Source of the DNA: Eledone cirrhosa
Taxonomy: Eukaryota
Reading direction: 5' to 3'
DNA length: 64,000 bases
Assembly (NCBI GenBank): GCA_964016885.1
Contig: OZ024742.1
Location: forward strand, 278,628,001-278,692,000
The notes under the pieces were generated by a model. It was not told where the DNA came from and ran no database searches. It saw only the letters and a program-made list of their open reading frames with translations. The stretch's first letter is position 1. Each line of letters opens with the position of its first letter. This document shows, piece after piece, positions 29,001 to 44,535 of this stretch. Both the position numbers and the translations under genes were made by a program.

Positions 29001-29138
29001 TCATTATTTCTGAAGACAGCATATATACGTGTAGGTATGTATATTCCCTCTGATAGTTTGTAAACATTTTACATAGATCTATATGATATACATACCAACA
29101 CACACATATATATCCTAGAAACGATCGTAAAATGATGA
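29001..29138 (+). ncRNA. PLE-B type I hammerhead with 101-nt branched stem II
   Basis: TCATTATTT/AAATGATGA stem I; CTGAAGA(29010); GGTATGTATAT/ATATACATACC within stem II; GAAA-CGATCG-TA. Confidence 0.85.
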
Positions 29139-29189
29139 TTTTGTTAATATAAGGAACTGTTTCTTTGTTTTTATTCATTATTTTTATTA

Positions 29190-29243
<54 letters not shown>

Positions 29244-29260
29244 ATATATCAGAGCACCAA

Positions 29261-29607
<347 letters not shown>

Positions 29608-29659
29608 TATATATAATAGGTATATTTATGGAGATGCATATATACTTATGTATGAAGGA

Positions 29660-29714
<55 letters not shown>

Positions 29715-30018
29715 TATAATTTTTACAAATCAAAGATGGAAAACAAATAAATTTTAACGAAAAATACAATTCGTAACCGAACATCAGAGGAACCTTAATA
29801 ATTCTCAGTTAATAACAAATAGAAAAATAGGTTTACATAGTTAAATGAATATTTATCGCAAACATCAAATATATACTGAAAAGAAAATATATATATTAAG
29901 TTTTATTAATAAACATGTGAAAATCAGCTGTGGGAAAATTGTTTGTTTCATTACTGATAAATTTATTTCGCATTGTGTTTGTAGATGGTATGGGTAAAGT
30001 GTGTGTGTATGTGTTTAC

Positions 30019-30051
<33 letters not shown>

Positions 30052-30485
30052 CATATGAGCATATACGTCAGTGTTTATGGAAGCAATTATTTGTATATAG
30101 TGATATAGTTAAATTATATATACTTCTAATGGCGGCTAAGTGGTACAGTCGTAAGAAGGTCGTATAGAATGCATTGTTTTATTCATGTCGGCTCACTACC
30201 ATCTGAGTTCAAATTCCACTGAAGTCAATTTTACCTTTTATCCATTCGAGGTCGATGGAAAAAAGTACCAGTCTCGTACTGGAGACGATTCTTCTTCTTC
30301 ATCTCTTTCTCATTTCCATTTTTTCATTCTATATCCTTCGCCAGAATAATTCTGTTGTCTTCAGAACTGGAGAGAAGGTCACCTCTAGGTCTTAAAATGC
30401 CCTAGAAAGACCGTATGTCAATACGGTGCCACAGGATTTAAGGAACATGCATGCATTTATATCTACACACATTACAAACACACAA

Positions 30486-30576
<91 letters not shown>

Positions 30577-31839
30577 GAGCGAGAGAATATAACAATAAGC
30601 CCCGTGTTTTGAGTTTTAAATATAATATATATATATTTATATGAATAGATATATTGATTAATTGTTGGCTGGATGATGGGTTGTTTGGTAGGTTGGACGG
30701 ATGGATGAATGGATGGATACTCTCTGTAACTTCCGAACATAATATATTACCAAAGAAAGGCAGCAATAATCGAAAAATTAGAGTTTGGTTACATGAAGAG
30801 AAAGAGACACATATTGAAATAGAGAGGGTAGAGAGGGAAAATGTGAAATACATTTAAACAAGCAAAGGTTGGTGGAGAAGTAAGGCAGTTTCTGTCTCCC
30901 AGTATTTAGAAGACATCATTCAAACGGAAGAAATGTTAAAATACTTTTGCTCAACTTGAAATCGTGGGTTTTTATAGTGAACTTCTCAACAACTCAGATA
31001 CGAAATGCGTAAGCATGTCTGAGTTATTTAGATTATAAGCCATGGCATAGGGTATTGTCAGGTTCTTAAACCTGGAGAACCCCATGACTCACCAAGTCAA
31101 AACACAGCCAATTTCCTCAGAGAAATAGAGTGATGGGGGTGGATACAGGAAGAATCGATCCCAGAAATGAACTGGTACTTTAATTATCGCCATCGAAAGA
31201 ATGAATGTAAGACTAGACTGCTGTAGGATTTACAATTAGAGCGCTCATTGTCGGTACGAAACACTAACGTACTCTATCCAACACCCGAACCACTCTGCCA
31301 ATTCACAGTGTTATGTAAGTATACGTTTAAATATACAGGCAAAATATTTGACACTGATTAGCGAGACAGCTTTGCAGACGATATTTTATTCTAACATTTA
31401 CACAAATTGTTCAGCTAAAAATTGTTTTCTAGCAAATTCTGCGGAACATCACCGATAAAGAGAAAAGGTGTGATTATCTATGTAGTGAGAATTTCTTCGA
31501 ATATCAATTAGTCTAGGCAACGAAAACGAGTTGCTCAGTATTTATGTGTATAAGCGTATATATATATATATATATGACTATGTACACATACACATATATA
31601 TATATGTATGCATATATATATACACAAACAAGCGCACAGACACAAACACACATGTATATACATATATATGTATATATATATATATATATAAATATATATG
31701 TGTGTGTGTGTACGTGTGTGTGTGTGTGTGACTGTGTGGGTGTATGTCTGTGTGAACGTGTGTGTACATATATTTGTATATATATATGTGTGAGTATATA
31801 TACTGCTATATACATAATTATATATATATGTATATACAT

Positions 31840-31879
<40 letters not shown>

Positions 31880-31883
31880 TATG

Positions 31884-31917
<34 letters not shown>

Positions 31918-31940
31918 CATTACATATACATATATATATT

Positions 31941-31994
<54 letters not shown>

Positions 31995-32339
31995 TACATA
32001 TACATATATATATATATATACGTACATATATGCAAACATATGCCAAGAAATAATATAAACTTCTCGGTCAATCTACACAGGTCATTATGTAGTGTAGTTA
32101 ACAAGTAATTCTGTTGATTTTTGATTCGGTCTTAGAGATGTACATTGTCTCATTTTCTAACTTTCGTTTTCACAGCTAGTTTCTCCTACTGAATATTTAC
32201 CAAAATTGTTCACGTTCAGAGTGATTTAATGAGTTTTTGGAAAAGTTAAATAGGCTGTATAAATGTATGATTATACACACATACATACTGCACCCATATA
32301 ACATATATACAAACATATATATATATATTATATATATAT

Positions 32340-32460
32340 GGAAGGCGTGTGGCTGAGTGGTTAGAGAATTGGATTCGCAATCGTAAGGTTGTGAGTTCGA
32401 TTCCTGGACCAGGTGATGCGTTATGTCCTTGAGCAAGATACTTTATTTCACGTTGCTCCT
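32340..32460 (+). mobile_element. tRNA-derived SINE of a second family (V/Meta-domain-like)
   Basis: TGGCTGAGTGG A-box, GAGTTCGATTCC B-box, then TGTCCTTGAGCAAGATACTTTATTTCAC. Confidence 0.75.
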
Positions 32461-32638
32461 TCTACCTGGAGTTGCAACCGATAGATAGTATTAGCAATTG
32501 GAAAGACCAACGGAAACATTGTTCCCTCGGTCCGATTTGACGAAAGTCGATCGTTCCTTTTATATATAGGTTATCTGACATCTTATTCTTTTTCTCTGTC
32601 TCTCTCTCTCTTTATATATATATATAGATATATATGTG

Positions 32639-32693
<55 letters not shown>

Positions 32694-32772
32694 GTTTATA
32701 TATATACGTACATATATATATATACACACACATACATATATTTATATTTTGGTCTTGTATCTCTTTCAACAT

Positions 32773-32809
<37 letters not shown>

Positions 32810-33224
32810 ATCATATATATACGTGTATATATATGATACATAGGTCCATTTGCTCCACAAGACTTAACGTTTAAGAATATATTCTGATAAAGATTTTGTT
32901 CGTGCCTGTGTTCTTTGAGCAGTTGTATGCAACAAGTAAATTATGGTATATCGATCGAAGTTTCTATTATAATTTACTCCCGATAATTTGATATGATCGG
33001 TTGAGTGCTTAGATTACCGAGCAAGTTGCTTCTATTTTTAGAATTACTGTCAAACTCATTAGCTACCCAGTCTGCAAGTAGTTTTGACAAAACACGTGAC
33101 GAAATATTGTTAAATTTTACCACTGGATGCTGGCTGATATTTTAGTTTTCTCTCAGAACTCATTTGCTGTTAAGAGTCATTGTCTTAAATTTGCTGATTG
33201 TCGATATGTAATAATTGTTTATAC

Positions 33225-33394
33225 GTTTGGCTCAAGGCCAGCAATTACCCAGTGCATTACTGTTAAGTTATTTTATCGATCCTGTAAGAACGAAAGGCAA
33301 AGCTATCCTTGGCGGGATTTGAACTCAGAACCTAAAGGGCTATAACACTATGCTGCAAAGCATAATGTCTGACGCTCTACCGTTATTGCCAAAC
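33225..33394 (-). mobile_element. Nin/Deu-domain SINE
   Basis: Reverse-complement core GAAAGGCAAAG..GGATTTGAACTC. Confidence 0.75.
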
Positions 33395-33640
33395 CATAGT
33401 TGGAAACTGCGCAGTACTGCGTTTTTTGAAATGTGAGTACGTTACCGTTTTCACTTTTAAAATGATTAACTACTGGTTCATCATTTTCCCGCCTGGTTAT
33501 ATGATATTTGGTAGTGATTCCACAACATTAATCGTTTAAGATTTTGTCCTGATAAAGGCTTTTCCTTTGCCCCTGTGTTCAATGATGAATTTGATGTAAC
33601 GAGGTCAAAATTATCGTACGATTTATTTATCTAAATTTCT

Positions 33641-33687
<47 letters not shown>

Positions 33688-33721
33688 AGATTTGAATGGA
33701 TACAGTTTAGTTGAAAGGAAT

Positions 33722-33841
33722 TTATTGACACGTGTTTCTATAACAGTTACATAACCTAAAACAGCTGCTATCTACAAACTTTTAGTTATGCAGACATTCA
33801 ATATTTCAATGTTATTATTTACTGTCATTTCATCAGAATAA
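33722..33841 (-). ncRNA. PLE-A hammerhead (inverted arm)
   Basis: Same motif as 35186-35305. Confidence 0.8.
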
Positions 33842-34397
33842 TATTACTGAGGACCTATTTAGTTTTTATAGAGAATATTAGGAGGGAGGGGTGAAGTTGT
33901 TAGAAGAATAGTTGAAGGAGTGGTTTTTCGATAGCAGTGAGAATTCTTGGTGGCAGTGAGTAATTAGATTCCCATCTGTTGTTTTGACATTTTTTATAGA
34001 ATATATTATTGGTTATTTTTCTAAATCTATAGAAGGATTAGAAATAGTAAAGATATGCGTGGTTGGTTTTGTGTTTGCACTTAATTAACATTCAGACTTA
34101 AATTTTTCTTTCAAGTGTACGTATCCTTTCACCCACGCATTCACACACAAATATATTTGCACACCTCTACAAAATACATATATTCACAATTCACATATTC
34201 ATACTTACATATATATACACATGCATACACATATATATACACACATGTATTCATGTACATACATACGCGCTCATGTGTATACATTTTCATACTCAACTTA
34301 TCTTTATATACACACGTATAGACACACACATATATACATACATACTCTAGTCCATGTGTACACCCATACACATACATACACATCCATATACACATAT

Positions 34398-34520
<123 letters not shown>

Positions 34521-35185
34521 CACTTTAATACATGAATACACTTACATCTAACTATACACATCAAACATATATATATATTTACTTATTTATATACATTTTC
34601 ACATATATACACATACTTATGGACGTTTTTAGACACATTCATTATCTCATATTTGTACCTATTCTCATCAGCATGACTAGAGTATGTATGTATATATGTG
34701 TGTGTCTATACGTGTGTATATAAAGATAAGTTGAGTATGAAAATGTATACACATGAGCGCGTATGTATGTACATGAATACATGTGTGTATATATATGTGT
34801 ATGCATGTGTATATATATGTAAGTATGAATATGTGAATTGTGAATATATGTATTTTGTAGAGGTGTGCAAATATATTTGTGTGTGAATGCGTGGGTGAAA
34901 GGATACGTACACTTGAAAGAAAAATTTAAGTCTGAATGTTAATTAAGTGCAAACACAAAACCAACCACGCATATCTTTACTATCTCTAATCCTTCTATAG
35001 ATTTAGAAAAATAACCAATAATATATTCTATAAAAAATGTCAAAACAACAGATGGGAATCTAATTACTCACTGCCACCAAGAATTCTCACTGCTATCGAA
35101 AAACCACTCCTTCAACTATTCTTCTAACAACTTCACCCCTCCCTCCTAATATTCTCTATAAAATCTAAATAGGTCCTCAGTAATA

Positions 35186-35305
35186 TTATTCTGATGAAAT
35201 GACAGTAAATAATAACATTGAAATATTGAATGTCTGCATAACTAAAAGTTTGTAGATAGCAGCTGTTTTAGGTTATGTAACTGTTATAGAAACACGTGTC
35301 AATAA
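35186..35305 (+). ncRNA. PLE-A type I hammerhead with 91-nt branched stem II (5' pLTR)
   Basis: TTATT/AATAA stem I; CTGATGA(35191); ATGACAGT/ACTGTTAT stem II base; GAAA-CACGTG-TC. Confidence 0.85.
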
Positions 35306-35509
35306 ATTCCTTTCAACTAAACTGTATCCATTCAAATCTTTCTATTTTTCTCCGGATTACTTTTGGAACTACAACTGGAACCGTCGAGCAAACTCTACGT
35401 GAGCTGATAATCTACTGTGTGTAATATTTATATTACAACACAACGGAAAATACTGTATATTTACCTCCTGTAAAGTCGAGCAACCCACACAGCAAACGCA
35501 ACCACAACA

Positions 35510-37820
35510 ATGGAAAAACACTACCTGGATATGTCACTCAAAAACATACCAACCCAAGGTAGAAAGGAATATTTATTGAGTATGATTAAAAAAACTAATG
35601 AATTCATTCGACGTGTCAGGTGGAAAACGCACCACTATGATAGAAGCCGTATGAACTCAACATTAGAAAGTGGTGTAAACAACAAATTCGATTTAGGACT
35701 TGTAAAAACCCACCCACCAACCCACTATTAGATGCATTTGAGCAGGACCTTATGAACTTAATCCTTAAAATTAAATTCAAAGGACGCAACACCAACAGCA
35801 AATTACAGAAAGATATAAAAAAAACTACTGGACGACCTTAAAAACACCAAAGGAATTGTAGTAAAAGCGGACAAAACATCAAACCTGTACACTATGGATT
35901 GCACTACATACAACAACTTCATTCAAAAAGAATTACATAAAAAATATAGAAAAACGAGTGAAGTAACCCTTAAGCACATCAATGATGAGGCATGCGAAAT
36001 AGTGAAAAATCTCGGAATCGAAGATAGGACAGGACCACTCTTACCGGCGGTACCCACCTTCAATCTTAAGGACCACAAGGTAAACTTTGATAATGACCCT
36101 AAAATTAGATTAATCTGCCCCTCTAAATCAGATATAGGTAAAATAAGCAAATATATCTTAGATAGAATCATCCCCCAAATTAAGGCTAAGGTTAACATTA
36201 AACTCTGGGGGAAGACCCAAGAAGCAATAAGATGGTTTAATAGCATTAGCAATAAGAATAAATCTAAGTTTATCCAGTTTGATATCGATGAATATTACTC
36301 ATCGATATCACCTGAAACTTTGAATAGAGCCATTAAGTTTGCTAAGGATAACTCTGACCTTACAAACGATGAAATTAAGATTATATTAGAAGCTAGGAAA
36401 ACTATAGTCAAATTTGAGAACAGTTATTGGGTACGTAAAGATAGACCCTCTAACTTTGACATAACAATGGGCTCTAACGATTCGGCGGAAATAACTGATA
36501 TTGTGGGGTTATTTATCGCCTTTAGACTCCAGGAAAAATTCAGCAATCTCCACGGCGGAATATACCGCGACGATGTTCTCCTCCTAGCTAAAAACCTTAA
36601 TAACCAAAAACTAGAAAAACTACGCAAAGATATAAGAAAACTACTACTCGAAATAGGACTAACTATAACATATGAATACAACCTTAAAGTAGTTAACTTC
36701 CTGGATGTCACACTCAATTTAAACTCTGGTTTGATTAAACCGTTTCATAAATTGAATGAAAATCTCAAATACGTAAATGTTGGGTCTAACCACCCCATCT
36801 CTATAATTAAATCTATCCCTAAAAATATTTCCCTTAGAATCTCGGGTCTATCTTCTAACATACAAGTATTTAAGGAACACGCCGAGTACTACGATAACGC
36901 CCTTAGTAAAGCAGGCTACCTCAACAAAATAGAGTACATAGATGGGAACAATCAAAACACCCAAAATAAATCCCACATAGGTAGATATAATAACACAACA
37001 CCAAACCACACTTACTACCATAGTATGCACACCAGTAAACCAACAAACAAAACTAATAGAAAGCGATGCAAAGAGTACTTATGGTATAACCCCGAATACA
37101 ATAGTTCCATTAGTACAAATTTACCAGTACTCTTCTTTAAAATAATTAAAAGACATTTTCCCACATCACACAAATACCACAAAATCCTAAACCCTACCAC
37201 TATAAGACTGTCATACTCTACAGCGTTAAACCTTGAACAACACATAAAAAAGATCAATACTAGAAGGTTAAACGAAAACACTAAGAACTTAAGTACAAAG
37301 AACACAAAAAAAACAGTAGACAATACACTACAGAACATAAATAAACCACACCTAAGTTCGTCCGCAGAGAAAACCCAACGTACACAACTGTAACTGCACC
37401 TATCCTGACAACTGCCCCCTCGGCAATAACTGCCTGGAAAAAAAAAATATTTATAAGTGTACCATTAAATCCGGAGGCAACGAGTGGTATTACGTGGGAT
37501 CAACGGCAACATCGTTTAAATCTCGATTGTATAGGCATTCTTACTCAATAAAACACCAGAGCCAAAGAAATGTAACAACTTTAGCAGAAAAAGCTTGGAC
37601 GCTCAGGGGTAGCGATCAAAAGTTTACCCTAAAATGGGAAAAATTAGCTAAAACCCAAAGCTTTTCCAGGAGCCAAAATTTCTGCAAATTGTGTAATCTT
37701 GAGATTTATTACATAATCACACACAAGAAGAAACTGCTGAATAACAGAATTGAACGAACATTATTCTGCCGTCACAGAACTAAAACCCTTTTTTCCCACT
37801 ACAAGCCGAATATTACATAA
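35510..37820 (+). pseudogene. PLE-A RT + GIY-YIG ORF, disrupted
   Basis: Nearly identical to copy 1; extra 1-nt deletion at about 35690, deletion of about 11 nt at about 37366, and the same A8 offset at 35817-35824. Confidence 0.92.
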
Positions 37821-38087
37821 AAGAGGGACATCCCCCAACTATATAAACCTTAATCTAGTTAGAAAAATATAAAAACAATCTCTTCTCAACATATATTAAT
37901 AACCTTAAATTACCACTCTAATAATGGAAAGATATGCTGATGAGAATAGGTACAAATATGAGATAATGAATGTGTCTAAAAACGTCCATAAGTATGTATA
38001 TATATGTGAAAATGTATATAAATAAGTAAATATATATATATGTTTGATGTGTATAGTTAGATGTAAGTGTATTCATGTATTAAAGTG

Positions 38088-38213
<126 letters not shown>

Positions 38214-38780
38214 TATGTATGTATATATGTGTATATGGATGTGTATGTATGTGTATGTGTGTACACATGGACTAGAGTATGTATGTATATATGTGTGTGT
38301 CTATATATGTGTATATAAAGATAAGTTGAGTATGAAAATGTATACACATGAGCGCGTATGTATGTACATGAATACATGTGTGTATATATATGTGTATGCA
38401 TGTGTATATATATGTAAGTATGAATATGTGAATTGTGAATATATGTATTTTGTAGAGGTGTGCAAATATATTTGTGTGTGAATGCGTGGGTGAAAGGATA
38501 CGTACACTTGAAAGAAAAATTTAAGTCTGAATGTTAATTAAGTGCAAACACAAAACCAACCACGCATATCTTTACTATCTCTAATCCTTCTATAGATTTA
38601 GAAAAATAACCAATAATATATTCTATAAAAAATGTCAAAACAACAGATGGGAATCTAATTACTCACTGCCACCAAGAATTCTCACTGCTATCGAAAAACC
38701 ACTCCTTCAACTATTCTTCTAACAACTTCACCCCTCCCTCCTAATATTCTCTATAAAAACTAAATAGGTCCTCAGTAATA

Positions 38781-38900
38781 TTATTCTGATGAAATGACAG
38801 TAAATAATAACATCGAAATATTGAATGTCTGCATAACTAAAAGTTTGTAGATAGCAGCTGTTTTAGGTTATGTAACTGTTATAGAAACACGTGTCAATAA
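38781..38900 (+). ncRNA. PLE-A hammerhead (3' pLTR)
   Basis: CTGATGA(38786)..GAAA(38884)-CACGTG-TC. Confidence 0.85.
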
Positions 38901-40387
38901 ATTCCTTTCAACTAAACTGTATCCATTCAAATCTTTCTATTTTTCTCCAGATTACTTTTGGAACTACAACTGGAACCGTCGAGCAAACTCTACGTGAGCT
39001 GATAATCTACTGTGTGTAATATTTATATTACAACACAACGGAAAATACTGTATATATATATATATATATATATATATCCACCGACTTCATAATAAGAAGT
39101 CCTCCTCCATCCCTGCTATCAGGAACGTGTCTAGATAGATAGATAGATCGATATATAGGGGTCGTAACTTCCAGTTACTGTAGGTTCACACATTATAACT
39201 TTGCCTTTCATTCTTACGGGGTCGATAAAATAAAGCTCCAGTAATGCACAGGGGTAATTGCTGGCCTTCTGCCAAAAGTAGAAACATTATTATTATTATC
39301 ATTATTATATATACATATCAACACAATCTCTCTCTCTCTATATATATATATATACACATGTATATCTACGAAACCTACATCAAACTACAACTCTAATATC
39401 TTTAAAATGACACTTTAGATTATGTGGACATTGTTATACACTCTTCGCGGGAATACTTATATGGAAAATTCATAGCTTGAATAAGTCTGCTGCAACGGAA
39501 AGGAGAAAAACGACAACAATACTGCTATCATTATAAAGTACTTGAATATAATCTTGGGTATATTATTTTGCCATACTAATTCCGCAACTATTACGGGAAG
39601 CAATTTAACTGTCATTTCCTATAATGAATCTATCTTTTCAACAACCATTGTCATATTTCAACAAGCTATCGTCTGCCTTTAATCATTTAATCATCAGTCA
39701 AATCATTCCTTCGGTTATTCCCTTACAATACTTGACTGCGTGATATGCCCCGTAACATGAAATAATGCTATATATTAACAATCATCATGAATGTTGTTGT
39801 CTGGATAAATAAACTATCTTCTGCCCTGTAAAACTGGAGATATTTGATTGAATAAACATGTCGTCTGCGTTATCATTCAATGTGTTCGTCTTGATTAAAA
39901 TATGACGAAAATAAAAGCAAAAACTCATTTCTATTATCAGTGAAACGTTATTCGGACTTCATAAAGCTGTCGTTTGCATTATAATTCCACAGCTTATTGG
40001 TTAAAACATAAAGCTATTCTCTCTATATGATATTTATCAATAGAGATTGAGCGTCAGTAACACGTTTGTTGAAACTCGTAATCGGAGAGAGGTGCTGTTT
40101 TGTTGTGCTATGACGGTTCATAGGATTAAGCAATCTCGTTAATTTTTTTAAGGTGACGAAAGAAACTCTGAAAAATAAAAATGAATAAATAAAATTAAAA
40201 AACACCACTCCTCTGCAAATCTTGCCGCTTAACCGCACCCTTAAAATAGTATAACGAACGTTGATGTTTTCAATGGATATAATTCTAGACGAAATTTTAA
40301 CCGCACCCAAGAAGTTGATGAAACCAGTCACTTTCATCATAAAATGGCGCCAGTCCATTTATGAGTAGGGTATATCGTGAGCGCACA

Positions 40388-40507
<120 letters not shown>

Positions 40508-40996
40508 AAGAAACACCTTATATCAGAAATACATCAGACAAGCATAAAAAACTTAACAGGAACACAAGCAACCATCAACACTCACATGGACAGATATACA
40601 CACAGTATGAAAAATGACATTGACAGCAAGATTAACTATGTACAGTATATGTATATGTGTACCTGTGTCTACGAGTGTGTACATATAAGTGTAACGCCAT
40701 TTTCTAAATATTTGTGTCTCACATATCATTCTTTTATTGGTTTCTTTTATTTTAAGTGGAGGAGTCCCTATTAATTGCAAAACTCCCTTCAACACATTTC
40801 TCACATTTTCTTTTTATCTTTAATTCTTTCTTTCTGTTCTTTCTTTCCTTCTATTCCTTTTCTTTATTTATTCTCAATTGTTCATTCTTTCTACCGTCTT
40901 GCATTTTCCTTTCTACCCAACCTTTCTCCCCGCTTTCTCTCTCCATTTTTCTCTTTTTTCCCCCGACCTCTCACTCACTCTCTCTCTCTCTCTCTG

Positions 40997-41116
<120 letters not shown>

Positions 41117-41221
41117 TAGGTTAACCAGAGTGAGCACTCGATGTGTAGTTTCCAGTAACTATAGAGGTGTAGAACGAAGCAGAATGGAATAATAATAAAA
41201 AGGACGATATGTTATGTCTTC

Positions 41222-41282
<61 letters not shown>

Positions 41283-41286
<4 letters not shown>

Positions 41287-41511
41287 AGAAAATGTTCGCT
41301 CTCATGGCTGAATTCAATAAATGTAAATCTGAGTTTTTCGAATATTAATAATAACATTCGATTCGTTTGCAATTATGCATACAAGCCTCAATGTTATAGC
41401 CATGTCAGTAGAATGAACACTTCATTCTTGAAGAATGAAGTGTTCATTCTACTGGCATGGCTATAAAATTGAGGCTTGTTTGCATAATTGCAATAAATAT
41501 TCGAAAAACTA
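41283..41511. mobile_element. Fold-back 3' fragment of the family at 57093-57346
   Basis: Inverted arms around about 41430; arm sequence AATGAAG(T/G)GTTCA..CTACTG..CATGGCT..AAATTGA.GCTTG also at 57239-57345. Confidence 0.75.
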
Positions 41512-41840
41512 TACATACATATATATATTAAGCTTATATTTTTAAGCAGACTGTATTTTCATTTAGGTGTCATAGAAACTCTACATCGGATTTAAACAGC
41601 AATTTCGGGAGTCCAGGTCTGGTTATCATTTATTATCGTCTTTTTGTTTTGACCTCTTTAGCTTGATTTGGTTTTGGGCTTGGTAGGTTAATGCCTTCTT
41701 GACCACCTTTTCAGTTTTGTATGGCATCTTAACACATTTAGCTCTGGTTTTTAACTATGGAGCACTTTGCCAGTATCATTTCTGATTTTTGCGTTTCGCT
41801 TTCGCTTTTCCTGCCCGCCGAAATGCGATTCTCGCTGAAT

Positions 41841-41889
<49 letters not shown>

Positions 41890-41920
41890 AGAAAAACCAC
41901 AGACCCTCCATCTCAACTCA

Positions 41921-41958
41921 CCTTTTGAAAAGCAGAAGAACTGCGAAACCGGTAAAGG
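41921..41958 (+). ncRNA. Minimal hammerhead, U3-A8 core
   Basis: CCTT-TTGAAAA-GCAG-AAGAA-CTGC-GAAA-CCGG-TA-AAGG. Confidence 0.8.
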
Positions 41959-42087
41959 AACCAAACAAATATATATATTTAAAAAAAAATAAGACTTCAG
42001 TTGCATTTTCGATTTCATCTCTTTTACTTTATACTTCCACTCGTGTAGGACACCTCGGTTATTTTTCATTTTGTAAAAAAAAACCAC

Positions 42088-42163
<76 letters not shown>

Positions 42164-42251
42164 AAGTATGTAGGTATGTATACGTACATACATATATGTA
42201 TACAGACGTACAGTAGTATGTATATATATACATACATGTACACATATATAT

Positions 42252-42819
42252 ATGCACGTATCGGTTTACCGAATATTTATTATAATGTTCGGTTTGTTTG
42301 TTTGTAAACAAACAAACAGCCCGAATTACGCCATACAGTATTTCGGCAACCACGTCACCTTTTTGTACAACACTGACACAGGACCGATGTACTAGTTACA
42401 AGCTTATTAGCTATCGTCAGCATCGTATACCTTCCTGCGAGATGGTTGAACGTCTGAAAGTATATACTTTCCTTATGCATATTAACGCCTGAGCAGCCTA
42501 ATTTGCATATCGTGTGAGTTCAGTCGGCTGGGTGCACCGAAAACGATAAATGGAATAGAATGAAACGAAATTTCATTTCTCACTCTTAGTATGGCACTTA
42601 CTTAAATGTAAGTATGTATGTATGTATACGTACATACATACTGAAACTCTGAGTTTCAGAAGATCCCGTTAAGGGTGAAAGCAGTAATTCTTTGCTTAAA
42701 CTTTAATCTGTTATTTTAATAAATATATACATGTATGCACGTATCGGTTTGCCGAACATTTATTATAATGTTAGGTTTATTTGTTTGTAAACAAACAAAC
42801 AGCCATAATTACGCCGTAC

Positions 42820-42821
<2 letters not shown>
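42252..42821 (-). mobile_element. Non-coding HHR unit with 87-bp direct terminal repeats
   Basis: 42252-42338 matches 42735-42821; includes a fragment (42652-42720) shared with the Helitron-like element at 45255. Confidence 0.65.
42385..42425 (-). ncRNA. Minimal hammerhead with one core substitution
   Basis: CGATG-CTGACGA-T-AGCT-AATA-AGCT-T-GTAA-CTAG-TA-CATCG (GAAA changed to GTAA). Confidence 0.7.
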
Positions 42822-42901
<80 letters not shown>

Positions 42902-43212
42902 AAATATATATATATATAAAATATTGGAAGATATGAAAATAATGCTTTTTCCATATTTTTCAAAGGAACTTTCAAAGAATTTTCTAAGACCTTCAGAAAA
43001 TATTTCAAGGAAAATTGTTCTTAAAGAATTTCAAGTAGTCATATAAAAAGGTCATAATCAATTGATAAGTGTAATAATATAAAGTATATTTATGAAGTAG
43101 AGATAATAGAAAGTAAATTAAATATATATGAATCATAATTAGATAAATCTGAAGGATGAATTTGTAGCTGGTTGGATATAGAAAACATTATGTAAAGGAG
43201 ATTAACCATATA

Positions 43213-44535
43213 TTACATTTTATATATATATCTAAAAGTTGAGTTTAAACGATGTTTACAAAAACTAAATAAATTATTACGCAAATTAATAGAGTTCTTA
43301 CTTTTTAGTATAAAGAATATTTCTTCAACGCAAAGGGAGCAATTTTCGATAGAGCTGTGTATGAAGGAGTTTTGGAGATAATTTCCCAAGATAAAGAATA
43401 GTTAATATTCTTGGATTTTAAGTTCCATAATAAGTTGGATAGAGAAGTTGAAGATTGTTTACCAATATTCGTAAAGGAACATGTATGTTTATTAAAACGA
43501 GATTTGAAGTCTGTGGAAGTAGAGCCGACATAGGTAAAGGAATTTTCTTTTGTTTTGACATTACAATGTATACTATATTTTTAACTAAACAGTTATTATT
43601 TAGAGGACAGTTAGATTTATTTTTACATTTACATTTATCTGAATTTATATTATTGGGAGCCGTAACATTATATTGGATATTGCCTGAGGTATTAATGTTA
43701 TTCTGATTAGGTTTTAAGTTTATATTATTAATTCTATTAATATTCTGCGCTAAATTCATAGTGGTGGAATATGAGAGTTTAATAGTATGTCTATTAAAGA
43801 TTGAGTAATATCTGTGTGTCTTAGGAAAACACTTATCTAGAGCTTTAAAAAATAGTTTAGCTATTGGAGTTTTAATACTTAATGAGAAAGGGGGAGCGAA
43901 CCATAATATATTTCTAGTTCTATTTCTTCTTTTGATTTTCGACTTAGTGCAAGGTTTCCTATTATTATATTTATAGTTATGGTTAATTGACACATTCTTA
44001 TTATCAATGTATTTAATTTCATTACTATAGCCTGCTCTACTTAACGCTTCGTTATGATATTGTGCCTCATCTTCAAATATATTCTTATTCGCTGAAATTC
44101 TAGAAATACGTTGCTGCACAGAATTTACAATAGTGTTTTTAACGGATCTGGGGTGATTGGAATTAAAGTTAACATACTTTAAATTCTCATTGATTTTATG
44201 AAATGGATAATAAAGACCAGTAATATGGTTTAAAGTTACATCTAAAAAATGAACTATTTTATAATTATTCTCTACTTCTACTTTAAGATTAACGCTATTA
44301 AAAAATTGTATAATTTCTTTTCTTTTCCTATTTATTTCGCAATTATTATTATTTTCAATAAGCAATAGCATATCGTCCCGATATAAACCACCGGTCATCT
44401 CTGGTATTTTCCTATGTAAAGTATTGTTAATAAAAAGGCCCACAAGATCCATTAATTGCGCCGAGTCTGATGATCCCATAGTGATATCGAAATTGTTATC
44501 CCTATCTGCTCTAGTCCAAAGGTGGTTGCTAAATT
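43213..44535 (-). pseudogene. PLE family C, 5'-truncated RT + GIY-YIG
   Basis: NFDITMGS, GLYRDD, HFLDVTL, WFAPPF, CKC-x5-CPLNNNC, NIVY; frameshift at about 43557; ends CKHRLNSTFRYIYKM*. Confidence 0.9.

Larger units (their letters stand above)
24500..29193. mobile_element. PLE family B: two 5'-truncated 3' halves in tail-out palindrome
   Basis: Arms 24633-26874 / 26898-29193, 23-nt spacer; left arm about 133 nt longer; (TA)n at both ends. Confidence 0.95.
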
